Position numbers and translations under genes: made by a program. A stretch of 63,421 bases of DNA, filler included, from Aduncisulcus paluster (lineage: Eukaryota): NCBI GenBank assembly GCA_024181965.1. It is 6 parts of 6 records of this genome, joined end to end, with 100 filler letters (N's around TTAATTAATTAA, not from the genome) between each part and the next. Parts side by side here need not be neighbours in the genome. Positions count along the whole stretch, not along the records: positions 29,012 to 47,329 come from BQXS01012553.1; positions 47,430 to 54,534 come from BQXS01012555.1; 4 more parts are not named here. One strand, given 5' to 3'. Of this stretch, positions 35,006 to 49,652 are shown piece by piece; the stretch's first letter is position 1; each line of letters starts with the position of its first letter. The notes under the pieces were generated by a model that ran no database searches, was not told the DNA's origin, and was given only the letters and a program-made list of their open reading frames with translations.

Positions 35006-37234
35006 AGAAGAAGAATGAGTCTGCGGTTTCTGGCTCCTTTTTTCCTTTTCCCTTTGTTGCTCTCCTTCAAACAATAAATTAATGATACATTGCATATATT
35101 CTTGACGATTATAGACTTCAATCAAGCTCGGATGATCACTAAAAGGATGGTTACCAAGGAATAAAGCAAAGATAGACATTCCAAGAGAGTGAGCATCACT
35201 GAGTTGTGTTTGTTCACCAAATAAAAGAGTTTCAAGCGCACTATACACACATGTTCCACAGGAGTTCATCTCGGTTAGAAGACTCATTGAACTAGAAGGA
35301 GAATGAAGAGAGGCACATTTCCGAGGGAAAGTAGACGTTTCTAATGCAAGTGCTTGAGATGCGGAATAGGAAGAAGAGGAAGAAGAAGAGGAAGAATCAT
35401 ACGAAGAAGAGGAGGAAGAACCTGATAAGGACGAATAATTACCGTTAAAACAGCATCCAGGAGGGTGTAAAGTACTGGGCTGAGCAAATTGTTGGCGTGG
35501 AGCACTTGTATTTTTCGAAGTTCGGCTGTATGATGCGATGGAATCTTGGATTTTAGCTAATCCGAGATCAGCAAGAACGATAGAATATGCGTCAGTATCA
35601 GGATCAACACGAACAAGGAAGTTGTCAGGTTTCACGTCTCGATGAACAAGTTTTGGTTCAGCCGTGAACACATCATCAAGACACTCGATCATTCCAACAC
35701 ACAAAGAACTGATTCTCAGAGGATCAAGAGTCATGGGGTCAAGGATATTGGTCATACTGATTGTGTCAACTACATCAATGTGGTTGTTATTATTTGTGGA
35801 TGTCGATAAAAGATCACAACCATCAATTGATAACTCACTCTCCTTCTTGAATACCGAGCCAGACTTCTTGAATACCGAGCCAGATGGTATATTATTCATA
35901 CTTGGAGCTGCACTTGAACAACTTCTTGATGGTGATGAGCCGGATGAGAGAAGATGAGGATGAACATCGTGTGCAAGAGAAAGAAATGGAATCCGACCAT
36001 CCCTCTTTGAGGAATTCACAGAACAAGAAGAAGAACAAGAAGAAGAACAAGAAGAAGATCTAAATTGAGAAACGCATCCATCAATAGATTTGGAAGCTAT
36101 TATTATACTTGAATCCAGTGTTGTTGTTATATCCTGAATTTTTCCATCTTTCCCCCCCGTTTCATCATATTCTTGCTTTTGTTCTTCCTTTTTCTTATCC
36201 ACAATCCGCAAAGGAATACTCGAGATATCAAAACTTTTTGTCAAGAAACATTGGGAAGGCAATTCATTTTCCCTTCTTTCTGTTTTGCCCTTAATCTTCT
36301 CTCTCTCTTCATGGATAAGCACAGAACCAGATGTGCTGGACACACTGCGTATTTGTGTATTTTGTAAAGGAGAGTGTAAATGATGCTGAGTTCCATACGG
36401 CAATGGATGAGTATAGCAATGGGAATAAATCGGAAGAGGGGTTTCAATATTTTCTGAATGTCCAACTTGTGTTGTCATTTTTATAGGACTGGCCTTCAAA
36501 ACAGCACTTTGAGCATCACAGGAACGACCATCATCATCTTTTGTGTCAAAAGAAGAAGAGGAAGAAGAAGAGGAAGAGGAAGAAGAGATATCAAGACTCT
36601 TGGATGAAACATCCGATTTATCACAATGGTGTGTTAACTCTTCAGAATTAAGTCCTATTGAATGGATAATAGTTGAAGGATTAGTATGAACACACGAAGG
36701 TCCAATGGGTAATGCAATGGAATCATTGATATGCGGTACAGGACTAGATCCAGGGAAGGGAGGATCAGTAGACGGTGTTGAGGTATGTTCATGGTAGGCC
36801 ATGGCCTTCTCAATGTCTATTTTTAGGTCAATAGTGGGACTTTTGAAGCTCTTTCCAACGAAATCGTCGGATTTTACACACCAACTCTTGGCAAATTCTT
36901 TAACACTGCCTCCAATACAAAATTCCATACAAAACCCATACACACCTTCAAAATTTTCATCAAGAAGGTCAAGAATATATAGAGGACGCGGGATACGATT
37001 GTAACATTCGGGGTTCATAAATAATCTGCATTGAGACTTAAATTCTTTCCGACAGTCTTCTATAACCTTATCAGAACCAACATAAATCATTTTTTTCAAA
37101 ATACAATGTCCAATATCTTCAATTTCCACCATATTAACCAACCCAAACCCACCCCGACCTAATATACACAAGGGCCGGATTTCATCAGGATTTGACAGAG
37201 TATGAGACCGGTAAATTTTTCGGGTTCTACGCAT
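34378..37234 (-). CDS. Ser/Thr protein kinase with large Ser-rich insertions; frame break near 34961-35015
   Basis: LGRGGFG, ILKK, HRDVKPDN, DLG, GTCVYSALE, SDAHSLG. The C-lobe tail (DGGKYK...RMSVHEAR...GEGW) is in the overlapping ORF 34378-35121. Confidence 0.85.
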
Positions 37235-37792
37235 TTTGTTTCAGTTATAATATTAGCAGTATAATTAATATGTTAATGATGAGAAAAATCTATTCTCTAA
37301 AAATTGAATAATCCTCTATTGCAATACAATATAAAACAATAATCAATGGTTCAATGGTGATTATTTTTTTAAAAAATTATAAAAATTGTTAAAATTTAGT
37401 CGAGGAAGCGAAAGAAATCACTTACTGATCAAAATCTACAAAAAAAAGGGAAACGATGTGAAAATATTAATTCAAAGTATATCCTAGAAGGAAAAATCCT
37501 TGATAATACTGCTAAATGTTGACAAAATAGATGTCGAAATCAAATTCTGATGAGTTTGTATCAAATGAATGAAAAGATCAGCAATATCAAAAATAAAGTT
37601 AAGGTTGTATTTTTTTTAACCGGCAAGATATTTATTTTTAATTCATTGAGCCTCATGGACATATTAATAGGATTGCCAATCAGCAGATTGATAATATACT
37701 GGCAGAATTAAAGCTTGAAACATTATTATACGTCTAATATGATTTCTATATCGTTGTAATTATTTTTCGATATTACCTTCAATTTCTTTGAT

Positions 37793-40700
37793 TTGGATCA
37801 ATATGCAATTTTCGTGACATTCAATAACTATTTTGAAAGAGAAGAAGCTTTTTTTTCATTATTTATGGATACTTGTTGTTTTTATGAAAATAATATTGCA
37901 CTTAGAACTGTATCCTCTGGTAAAAATGTAGTTAACCCGATTTTTCCTTCAAAATTATACTTAATATCTAATTTTTTATTAATTCCATTTTTAATAGCAT
38001 TTTTAACTTTTGGATTGTTTATATTTTTATCATATGATAACCCCCCCATTATTTTCCCATTCCCGAGCCTTTATCCGATAATTCATTCATATGACTCTGG
38101 AAATATATGTGAATCACGATCTATTTGTTGTTTTGTTTCTGAATTCTATGATTTTTTTTGCTTAAAGAATTTTGGTATTCTGCCAACACTCATATCGGCT
38201 CTATCTTCTCCTTTAGAAGATATCTTAATGTTTAATTCAATTGGAGATATTATTTATTATCAATTTTGCCCGGATTCTCCACTTCGACTCTCAAAATCAA
38301 ATTGGACTTCACCAAGCATTTTCCCACATCAAGCTTTTGCCTATTTTCAAGATCATGATCCAATCTATGAATATTTATATCAAGATTCTCATGTTTATTC
38401 CCATTTATGCGAATGTTCTTTTGTATATTCCCATAATTCCCATTTTGTTACAAATGACTCTATGTCTGTGAATCTCGATGCTTACTCAACCTCTATTTGG
38501 CGGTCCTATTCTTTAATTTCCATCAAACTCACCCTTATCTTTACTTCTTTTCTTATTTCTCTTATTTTTTTCACTTCAAAGATTTTTCACAAAATCAAAT
38601 TCACAAACAACATTTCACAATTTTTTCTTGGCAGTAACTCTCCTATTACTCCGTTATTCCTTTGCTTTTTCTTCTTGATCTTCTTCAAACATCTTATTAT
38701 CCCTACCTATTCTGCCCCTTTATCATTTATGTCCAATAATGTGAAGGATGATGCGATGTCATTGTCAGTGTCGGTGTTTATTGACGTTCAAGAAATATCC
38801 CAATCACCGAGCGGTGATATATCTGTTTCAGACGTTGACTTAAACCTCTTCCCCCCCAATGGATTTGTTGACAATATAGATATCGAACATGTTCCTTCCG
38901 TTGGACTGAAAGACCCTGCCTTATCTCATTTCGAGGTTGATATTCCTGATTCAAATCTGAGAGGATTGATTTGTAGTGATGCCCTTGGTNNNNNNNNNNN
39001 NNNNNNNNNCTTAAACCTCTTCCCCCCCAATGGATTTGTTGACAATATAGATATCGAACATGTTCCTTCCGTTGGACTGAAAGACCCTGCCTTATCTCAT
39101 TTCGAGGTTGATATTCCTGATTCAAATCTGAGAGGATTGATTTGTAGTGATGCCCTTGGTGATTCCAATTTATCTTGTACAATCACAGAATTTGACATGG
39201 CTACCATCACTTTTGATAATGCCAGTAATAATCCCCTTGCTTGTGAATCAGAGTGTTCCGTAACAGATCTCGAGGGATTGCAGTATTTGATTAATGTTTA
39301 CGGGATTTCTTTTATTAATAATCCCATTTCTTCATCATTGTTACCTTTGTCACAACTTAGTCAGCTTGTCCATATCAAAATCGAAGGAGATGCTGATGTT
39401 CCAGTTCTGTATGACATTAATTCTTCCGATTTTCACAAACTTCATCGATTGAGATATGCTATTATGAGAGGAAATCCCAAATTGTATGACATTTCTGTGT
39501 TTTTTAGAAATCTCCAAATGCATTATCTTGGTATTGCGAATTCCGAGGAATCCCAATTTAATCCCATTTGTAGATCTGAATCGGACTCTGATTATTGGTC
39601 GTATCTTACTCAAATATTTCCTGTTCATTATTCTTATGAAATTGAAGCCTCAAAGAGTCAATATTTTCTTGCTAACAGCTGCCCCCTTAATTCTGGTACT
39701 ACTTATTCCTGTGACGCTTCAACATATCCCACCCAATGTCCTTCAATTATTCGGAATGAAGTGTACAACAGTGTCGATGGTGTCAACGCAAAACAATGTG
39801 CTTTCATTGCCAAAACAAGTGGATCCGTTGACGATGGAGATCTCAAATGTTACACCATTCATGATGCTGCTATCCGATCATATTTATCAGGAACCTGTTT
39901 GTCCAATACTGATATTAACAATGGAGTAATCAGTGTAGCTTCTCTGAGGAGTTCTCTGACTTGTTCCTCTCTCAACCTATCCACGATTGAAACTTTCGCA
40001 TCATTAACTTCCGTGAATGACATTTCAACTCTCCAGGGTCTTGAGTATGCCCAAGGTGTTACTTATGATGGCTATTCTGATGTTCCTGTTGGTTTGACAT
40101 TCTTGAACATTGATGGATATGATTTGAGTATATATAACAACGAGAATGCCGAGTACGATAAGTTGGTTGTTCAGATCTTGGCTAAACCCGTATCCCGTGG
40201 TTCTGCCCAAACTGGTCTCACAACTTTATCTGCGAGTGGCTGCAGTTTGAATGCCCTCAGTGATATCCTTGATCTGACTGCACCAATAGTTTCGTATACG
40301 GTTGATCCCCCTCTCGAGATTGCTACTCCTTCCTTCAAACTAACATCTTTGACAGTGTCCAATAACAATATCTCTGATGTATCTGTTTTTATCACATCTA
40401 ATCTTTTCAATAATACAATTCTCACAACCCTTGACATCAGTGGCAACTCCATCTGTGATATTGATGGGATGGTAGATGAGTTAGAAACATATTTTACATC
40501 TTCTTCAATCTCGATCACTTCTTCTGACCAAACATGCCATTGTTCTGCATCCGTGTCTTCTTCTGACCACCAAGTGTGTCGTGAAGTGTACCCCGATCGT
40601 TGGGCTGTCGAGTGCTGGAATGGGTACTATCTTGACAAATCAACTAGAGAGTGTGTTGAAGCCACTGATTCCTCAGACATTATCCGTTGTCAACTGTGTG

Positions 40701-43700
40701 AAAGACATTCCACTATGATGCCTGTTCTTGAGGAAGGAGCTTCATCCATCACATGTGGATGTCGATCTGCCTGGTATGGTGATGATTGTGACCAATTATA
40801 TCAAGTACACATTCCATCTGAAGATTTGAGGAAAACTTTTTGTTATAAAATTTTATCTGGTTACACAAATTGTGATATTAATGAATTTGAAATTGCTTCA
40901 TTCAAAAATGATTTTTCTCTGATTCTTGATGATTCTTCAATTGTCCCTCTGGTCACTACTTTGGAAGGACTTGAAAGTGCAATTCAAATCTCTTCTTTGA
41001 ATATCAACGCATATGAAACTAGTACTGAAACCTACTACAACAATGTGTCAGGCTATCCTTCTGTCCAGGATCCAGACTATCACAATCAACTTTCGAGTCT
41101 TGATATTTCAAATATCTCCCCATTTATTTCAATGGATATTCTAAATTCGGAATTCTCAAACTTCTCCCGGCTGAATTATGTGGATATCAGTAATTCTGGA
41201 ATCAACGATATCTCTGTATTTTATCGAAATGTCGGAATGCAAGAGCTAATTCTCAATAGCTCGATTCCACTATGCTATTCTGAGAATCCATCCGATTATC
41301 GGCAATTTATTCATGATGTTTTCCCAAAACATGATCAAAATGCTGATTCAGATGCCCTTAGCAAATATTATAACACAATTTGTCCAATTGATTCCACTCA
41401 TTTACAGATTCCCTCAATTATTAAGAATGAAATATATGACTCAACAAAACAATGTGCATCCATTGCATTGGATGGTGGAGATGGGAAATGTTACACCATA
41501 CATGATACCAATATTAGAAATTATTTGTATGATTCGTGGATATCAAACCATGATATTTCGTCATATACCTTCAATAGTGTTGCTGACTTGCGAAGATTAA
41601 CCGAAGATGATTTTGATTTTTTTTTTCTTTATGATGTTACAAATGTTTCTGATATTACCTCTCTCCGTGGTTTAGAATATCTAAGGTGCCTCAAATTTCT
41701 GGATGTTTCTGGTTATGATTTGAGTTCAAAACCTGACGATAGGGAAGTTATTAAACTCTTGTCCAAATATGTCCAAATTGATACATTCGAATCAGGTCTA
41801 ACTCGTTTATATGCAGAAAATTGTTCTATTAATAGAGTTGAAGATATTCTCGACATTACTCCTATCTCTTATGATTCTTATACACAACCGTTTAGATTGA
41901 CAACTATCATTCTCAAAGACAATAATATCACAGATATCTCAATGTTCATGGATACATCATTATTTAACACAAGTAGTATGAGTCTCCTTGATTTGAGCGG
42001 TTCAAATAGAATATGTGATATTCCGCATGTTAGTACTCTGTTGGGCACATCTGGTATTTCATCCTTTTCTTTGCCAGACGCATCACCATTACCTTGCCCA
42101 TGCACCGAATCTGTTGACTTCTCCGCCTATGAGACGTGTCGTTATAAACTTGGCGATAGGGAGCATGCACAAGTCGAGTGCTGGTATGGATATTACTTTG
42201 ATCGAGAATATGACGAATGTCACAAAGCCTGTGGAACCAACTATGTTTGGGACGGATCTTCATGCACACCAGACAATGCATACCCAGATAACATCACACG
42301 AACACGTGTTTGTGAAAGAAGAAACACGCTTCAAATGGCAATTCTTGAAGAAAATGCAACTGGAGTGACATGTGGATGTAAAAATCCTCAATATATTGGT
42401 GATATGTGTAATTATGTGTACATTCCTGATGATAATCTCCGGGCAGCTGTGTGTGAAGCTCTTCATCGTCCTAGCTATTGCAATGACCTTTTAGCTAATG
42501 ACATGGAAAGAGTTACATCATTGACTGTTGATAACGTTGCCACATTTGATGGGTTATCCTTTGCTTCCAACCTTGAATCACTTAGTGTGACACGCACTGA
42601 TTCTAGTTTGTCAGTATCAATGAGTGATGTTGAAATTAGTTATATTCCTACATCAAGTCTTGTTGAACTGGCCCTAAATAACATGAATGTACCTGTAAAT
42701 ACTTCATTTGCTGCATTTTCAGTATTGGAAAAACTAACATTACAATATAATACATCTTATAACGTTAGTTCTAGTGGTACTTTCCATTCCTCTTTGAAGT
42801 ATCTTGATGTCACTGGCTGTACTGGAATTAACTACGGTAATTTTTTTACTTCATATAATGTGCTATCTGATACAGTTACATTAAATTCTATTGAGATTCT
42901 GGTATTGGATAACACTAATTTGACTGACTTTGCTGGTTTTTCTCAATGGATAACTACGCATCTTTCAATAGCCTATACAGGAATTACGTCTATTTCCCCA
43001 TTATTGAATCAATCCACCCCTCTCGGATACAATAATTCAACTCTCACTCATCTAAATATAGATGGATTGGATAGTTCGGTCTTATCTAATGTTAAATATT
43101 TCCCCAACCTTGAGTATCTGAGTGCAAGGAATATGAATCCAAAAATTACAGATTCGGATCTTCTGAATATTGCTCAATGTAGTAAGTTAACAACATTATA
43201 CTTATCAGACAACTTAATTGCTGATGTTTCTCCGTTATATCACTTAAATTCTACACTGGATACACTTGATCTTAGTAATAATTTGATTTGTTTGGGAGAT
43301 GACGATTTAGATATATTATATGTAATATTCAATCATGCGAATGCAAAATTTTATCCTCCTACAATATTAGTTTCCTCACAGGACACTTCTTCCTGTGGTT
43401 TCTGTTCATCCTCTGAGACTGCTGGAGATGGTACTGATGATCCTGTTATTCATTGTTCAGATACTTCTTCTGCCGCGTCCCTTTCCTCCAACACGATCTG
43501 TCGTGAAGTGTGGGACTGGACGGAAACTGTTGAAGCAGATGATGGCTCTGGTGGAGTGACCACAACCACTACTTCCCACGAACAATGGAGTGTGGAGTGT
43601 AATCTGTATAGTTACAAAGTAGACAATGAAGATGGCTCAAGTTCATGTGTGTCATACTTTGGTGCTGGCTCGATTCCCAGCCTATCAGATTCAACATCAT

Positions 43701-46700
43701 GTATATCCACCACGTATGATTCAGGTGAATACATGCATTCTGAATGCTCAACTAATGATAATGTGATTGCATGTATCGATGATTGGTATATGAATGATGA
43801 TAACAAATGTGTAGAGTGTCCATACACAAGTAATGGAATATGCAATAATGATATTAATAATGTAGGAAATGGAACTGCATGTGNNNNNNNNNNNNNNNNN
43901 NNNAGCCTATCAGATTCAACATCATGTATATCCACCACGTATGATTCAGGTGAATACATGCATTCTGAATGCTCAACTAATGATAATGTGATTGCATGTA
44001 TCGATGATTGGTATATGAATGATGATAACAAATGTGTAGAGTGTCCATACACAAGTAATGGAATATGCAATAATGATATTAATAATGTAGGAAATGGAAC
44101 TGCATGTGATTATGAAACACATACATGTTCGTGTTTTGAAGATAATTGTGGAGATCTATGTCAATATGTTAATCTTGATGCCACACTCAAACAATACATT
44201 TGCGATAACTCCTCGTCATATGGTGTGACGTGCACTGATGGTGAAATAACTGTTGCCAATCTTGGACAACTTTCAGGAGATCTTGATTTGTCAGAATTGA
44301 CCACAATGACATCAATTTATGGAATGAATTATATCAAAGGTGGCGTTTCCAAACTTATTTTGCCCAAAAAGGAAGCCTCAGCTGAGCGGATAATTTGTGA
44401 TTTTTCAAAGTTTGAAAACATGTTAGATTTGACGTATCTTGATGTCAGTGGATGTGACATGTCGACCGAAGAAAGTGTTTTATCTCTTTCTTCCTTGCAC
44501 TCTCTTCCTATTGAAACACTTATTATGAACAATGTGAATATTTCTGCAAATTTTATTCCAAATTTCTCAGAATTTTCATCGCTAAAATCTTTGAGTATTG
44601 GCAGTAATGAAAATTATAATGCCACAAGTTATACAGATTTCCCAAGTTCTTCTCCCTTTGTTTCTCTTGATATTTCTGGATCTAAAAACTTTGATATAGA
44701 AAATGTTCCAACTATTATTCGCAATTTGTATGCTGATAGTTGTGAGTTGGACACGAATGAATCCTTTTCGCACTTAACAAATCTTCAAATATTATCGTTA
44801 TCGGACAATGCCAACTTTGATATCAGAAATCTTGTCATTGCTGGTCTCACCAATCTAACAACTTTGAATGTGTCTGGATGTAATATCTCTGATCCTTCCC
44901 CGTTGTATGCTTTGTCCAGCAATAGTTCTTGGATCAGTCTGGACTTGTCCAAAAATAATATATGTGTCATCGATACCTCTTCAGATACCCAAGATTTCTT
45001 CGATAATATGTTTTCCTCTGTGGATATTGCATCTCAAACCTGTACATGCTCAACTGACCTCCTTGGGTCAACTCCAATTCGTTTAAATAGGGTTTGTAAT
45101 GAGACAAAGCCTGAATCTGGCTTAAGATATGTGGTATGCGCAAGTAATTCGTATGTTTCATACTATTCTGCTCAGAATTTCGTATGCACCACTCTTACTT
45201 CTCCCAATTCCGACAAAAACTGTTCTGGAGGATGTGAATATGGATATGAGTGTAGATATACAGGTGCTGAAGAGATTGATGGTACTTATTATTCAACTGG
45301 AGCATGTCAGAAAGTGATAGTTGATGAAGTTTTGCATGAAGTTGTATTTGATTTATTTGAAGAAGATGATAAAATTCTGCATTGTGATACAACCAACCAT
45401 TTATTCAGTGTTGCTTCCTTGAAGACTCTTGTATCTTCCCATATATCGGATTATTTGTATGATCCTAAGTTGTCATACAATGTTTCTTCATCTCCCATTT
45501 CCTATTTATCAGGAATTGAGCATCTTGTTGGCATTAAGTATATTGAATTCATTGGGAGTTTAGCATCAGATGTTACTCATGTTGCCAACTTTGCCAGCTT
45601 AACCAATTTGGTCTTTTTAAATTTCTCAGATAATTCTGATCTCTCTGATATGCCCGATTTATTGAGCCTCACCTCACTTGAATACCTCAATCTCTCAAAT
45701 ACTTCTGTAACTTTTCCAACAGATAAGTGTGTTCTTCCCTCATCAATCGTGCATCTCTCGATAGAAAACACTAATGTCACAACAGATGGGTTTGAGAGGA
45801 ATGTTACCTATGATGGTGGGTATTTGTCAGCGCTTGAAATTCTTACTTTCGGAGGAAATGATCTCATCATATCAATTAATGAATTATCCGAAACACAAAG
45901 AAACACACTAAAAGAATTGGAAATTTCTGAGACCGATCTTGGTGATAACTATCTCGATACAATTGCCACCATGACAAATTTAAGCCTTTTGAGTCTCATT
46001 GATTGCAACTTGTCAAGAATTCCAGATCTTTCAAACAGTTCTTTGACTCTATTGAAGCTTGATGTCAGCTCAAATGAATCTGTGTCATCTCTTATCCCTA
46101 TTGGAAAAGCTGGCTTAACCAACCTCCAATCATTTTCTGCGTCAGGATGCCATATTTCAGATCCTTCTCCATTATATCCCTTGTCCAGCAACACTTCTTG
46201 GAACAATCTTGAATTGTCAGATAACATGATCTGTGGAACAGATGAAAATGATGCTGATTCTGTTCTCGGAAATATGTTTCCTGGAAATGTGAATGTTTTA
46301 GAACAATCATGTGAGTGTTCTACGTCAATGCCAAGTTTATCTGTCAACAAGGTGTGCATTGAAACCATTCCTTTTTCTGGAACCTGGTACGTTGTTTGTG
46401 CGAGTGATTCTTATGCCTCTTATACTTCATCAAGTGACTTTATATGTACTCGACAAAGCTCTTCATCTTCAAGCTGTTCAGGCGGATGTGAGTATGGATA
46501 TGAGTGTAGATATGATTCAGATTCAGATTTATCCTCGTGTCAACAAGTGATCGTTGATGAATCATTACATGCTTGTGTTGCTGATATGTTTGTGAATTCT
46601 GATGGAAATGCTGATTATGAACATCGAACAGAACCTATAGATGATGATTCAAATCATATTCCTTCCCTTTTCAGTGTTGCTTCCTTGAAAACTCTTATTT

Positions 46701-47329
46701 CTTCTCCTTCCCTTTCCACCGGTGAGTATTCACATCTTCTAACATGCAATGGTAGTTCGGTTTCTGATATCTCTGGCGTTGAACATATTGGTGGTGTAGC
46801 GGGGTTTTATTTGGGCAACAATCTAATCTCTGATACGTCCAATCTTACCCTTCTTTCTACCTTAACTCAACTCAAGATTTTGGATTTATCTGGAAATTCT
46901 TCCATATCATCCCTGCCAGCTTTATCTAATGTTCCTCTTATTGCTCTAAATATCGATGATACTGACATTGAATTATACAACACTTCTGATCAAGATTTCT
47001 TACTCCCTGGTTCTCTGGTCCAACTGCGTATGTACAACACTCCTACTATCCAAGCAGGGTTTGACACTCAGGTCGGTTCGAGTAATCTTGGTGGTTTAAA
47101 GACGATTAGTATTGGTAACACAACATCCATCACTTCGATTGATTCTCTTAGTACATCCCTGGAGACACTGTACATTGCTGACACGACTTCAATTTCTGAC
47201 CTTCAGCCCACTCTTAATTCCATGTCTTCGTTGCATAGTGTCAAGTTTGACAATATTGGTTTGTCTTCCATTCCTGACTTCTCCGCCTCCTCAGCTCATC
47301 TGACCTTCATAGACCTCTCGAACAATGGT
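37793..47329 (+). CDS. Giant Cys-rich leucine-rich-repeat/EGF-like surface protein, 3'-truncated; start uncertain
   Basis: Many LxxLxLSxNxISD repeats, internalin-like caps (IPDSNLR..IC, IPDDNLR..VC), EGF-like CGCRSAWYGDDC, hydrophobic N-terminal segments. Two 20-N gaps are flanked by overlaps. Confidence 0.9.
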
Positions 47330-47429
47330 NNNNNNNNNNNNNNNNNNNNNNNNNNNNNNNNNNNNNNNNNNNNTTAATTAATTAANNNNNNNNNNNNNNN
47401 NNNNNNNNNNNNNNNNNNNNNNNNNNNNN
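47330..47429. other. Artificial contig spacer
   Basis: TTAATTAATTAA at 47374-47385 within 100 bp of N padding. Confidence 0.98.
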
Positions 47430-47464
47430 TGTTCGATGTAGATAATGAAGAGGAGTGTTGTGCT

Positions 47465-48814
47465 TTGCTGATCAAGTATCTTAAACTCCTTATATCTCTT
47501 GTGAAACTGAACATGAATGTTGCTTTCTACTTCTCGCACTCTCAGAGAGGTATTCTCGCCTTGGGGGATGTTATCAGGTTATTAACAAAGCGCATGCATG
47601 TCTTACTTGGCAATGCAAACCCTCAGGTGGAAGAGAGGTTCAAGATGGGATGGATTCAGGAGTGGGGAGGAGTTCTTGGGTGCGAGATTGACAATCTCCC
47701 TGATCTTGAGAATGGACAGAATAAGAACCAAAACCCATCGGAAAATATATTTATTAGGGTTAGAAAAGCTCATCAAAAGGGTAAAATGAAGTTCTTTTCA
47801 CATCATTTCACTGCCAACAACCTCAATTCAATGAGATACGTTACAGACGCAATATTTATGACAATATCCTTGGTTTCTAACATTTCGACTGTATTTTCGC
47901 ATGAACTTCGGATTTCATATCACAAAATGGAGCTTATTGAAGAAGAATGCCGGAAAGCTGATGGCAGGGAACCAAATGCCATCTCTGAGACAAAATCATT
48001 TATGCTGGACGATCTAATCATTCTGGGAGCTTCTGCATATCTTCAAAAGATGTATGTTGTTGCTAACCCATATATCATTGATTGGTTATTCTTCGTTTCG
48101 AATGCTCATGTATTCAAGGAGGCATACCCTGATCTTGTTATCTCAATGCATCGGACTTTTTCAGCAATTCTGTCTCTTCTCACAAATTTCTCATTCGCTC
48201 ATGTTCTCAGATATTCTATTTTTAAACATACTCATACATACATTCTCAACAAACTATTTTTAGATAATTTGCATACCCCATGTCCCATCAAGGATCGGAA
48301 TATCATGTGGAACAACCAACTTATATCATCTTGGAGAGTGTTCCCATGTTTGTGCAATTTGGTAAGTTGTTGTGGATATTATTTCCCCTCGTATCATTCT
48401 GATGAGATTGTACAATCGTCCAGTTCAACAGATGATCATCAATCACGTTATTCTGTTTCAATTACAGGAAGCACTGGAATACAATCATTATGGCTGGATC
48501 GCTGGGAAGATAGATGTCTGGAGATCAAGAACATGATGTTGCTCTATAAAAATGCTAGCCTTATCAAAGCGTGGTGGACACTCCTTGATGAACTCCCAAA
48601 CTCTCTTCGAACGAGTGCTTGTCTTTCTTGGGCCCAGTTAGTCTTGAATCTCTCGAACCCAAGCACAAGGGTTTCAAGGCGGTTCATGGATTTTGAGATG
48701 GAAGGGATGATGAGAAGAATGAAAGAAAGGGAGGTCAGTCGTGGATGGAGCTCTGAGCTGGATTCAGTGTGTTCACAGTGCATAAAAATCATAGAAGAAA
48801 CGGAATCTTTGTGA
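47465..48814 (+). CDS. Hypothetical alpha-helical protein, probably 5'-partial
   Basis: 449-codon ORF beginning close to the contig edge. Confidence 0.7.
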   Translation: MLIKYLKLLISLVKLNMNVAFYFSHSQRGILALGDVIRLLTKRMHVLLGNANPQVEERFKMGWIQEWGGVLGCEIDNLPDLENGQNKNQNPSENIFIRVRKAHQKGKMKFFSHHFTANNLNSMRYVTDAIFMTISLVSNISTVFSHELRISYHKMELIEEECRKADGREPNAISETKSFMLDDLIILGASAYLQKMYVVANPYIIDWLFFVSNAHVFKEAYPDLVISMHRTFSAILSLLTNFSFAHVLRYSIFKHTHTYILNKLFLDNLHTPCPIKDRNIMWNNQLISSWRVFPCLCNLVSCCGYYFPSYHSDEIVQSSSSTDDHQSRYSVSITGSTGIQSLWLDRWEDRCLEIKNMMLLYKNASLIKAWWTLLDELPNSLRTSACLSWAQLVLNLSNPSTRVSRRFMDFEMEGMMRRMKEREVSRGWSSELDSVCSQCIKIIEETESL

Positions 48815-49652
48815 AGAACAGAAAATAGAGTGAAGGAAGAGAAGCTGAGTTACGCAAGGATTTACTGAAGAAATCCAACGAGTATGACTCTGTGTTCAAG
48901 CGCAATAAGGTGTTAATCTCCACCATCTCAGAGTTGAGGAAGCAACTAAAGGAGACGACAGAGACTTTGAATGCTCTTGGACGGGCAAAGGAGTGATGTT
49001 CATTGATCTTGAAAGTATGACCATTACTATTGCTATTGTTGTTGTTCAATTTGTACGGAATATTCTTCTTGTTGAGAACGTCTCCATTGTGTGTAATGAT
49101 GCTACTATCACTATTAAGGGAGTCTGGGATAATCTAATATCCTGATAATGTGACAATCTGCTAATCTAATGGTATCGTCGTTCTCTGGTTGGATGTTGTA
49201 TTCTCTCTCTTTTTCTGTTGTTTTCGTTTTTATCTTGATCCTCACTTCGTTTCTTATTTTATTTTATTTTTGGAAAGACTGTAGAATCTATAGATTCAAT
49301 CTACGATAATGCAGTGTATTTCAGCACATTTGAATGAACTGAAATACCTTCGTACATAACACCAAAATCCAATAATGCCCAAGATGTCCAAGGGATGGAA
49401 ATATTGACTTTTTGTCAAAAGTAATGGGATATCAGATATCTGGAACATCACTCGAGCTGATGATTGGAATGAACCATCGACTAGTTCTATGATACACTGT
49501 AATAAAGTAGAGTAGAGTTTGTAGATACTCACTAAGTATCATACTGGTATGATTCATACTTGTCCATTTGTTTTGTTTTGTTTGGAAGTTGGAGGGTTTG
49601 TTTCAAAACTATCTCGTGTGGATAATATCACTCCATCGCTGTCATTATTTCA

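Noticed and set aside
48830..49500. Short coiled-coil and LRR-like peptide fragments
   Set aside because: No start codon or interrupted by stops; too weak to call beyond possible gene debris.
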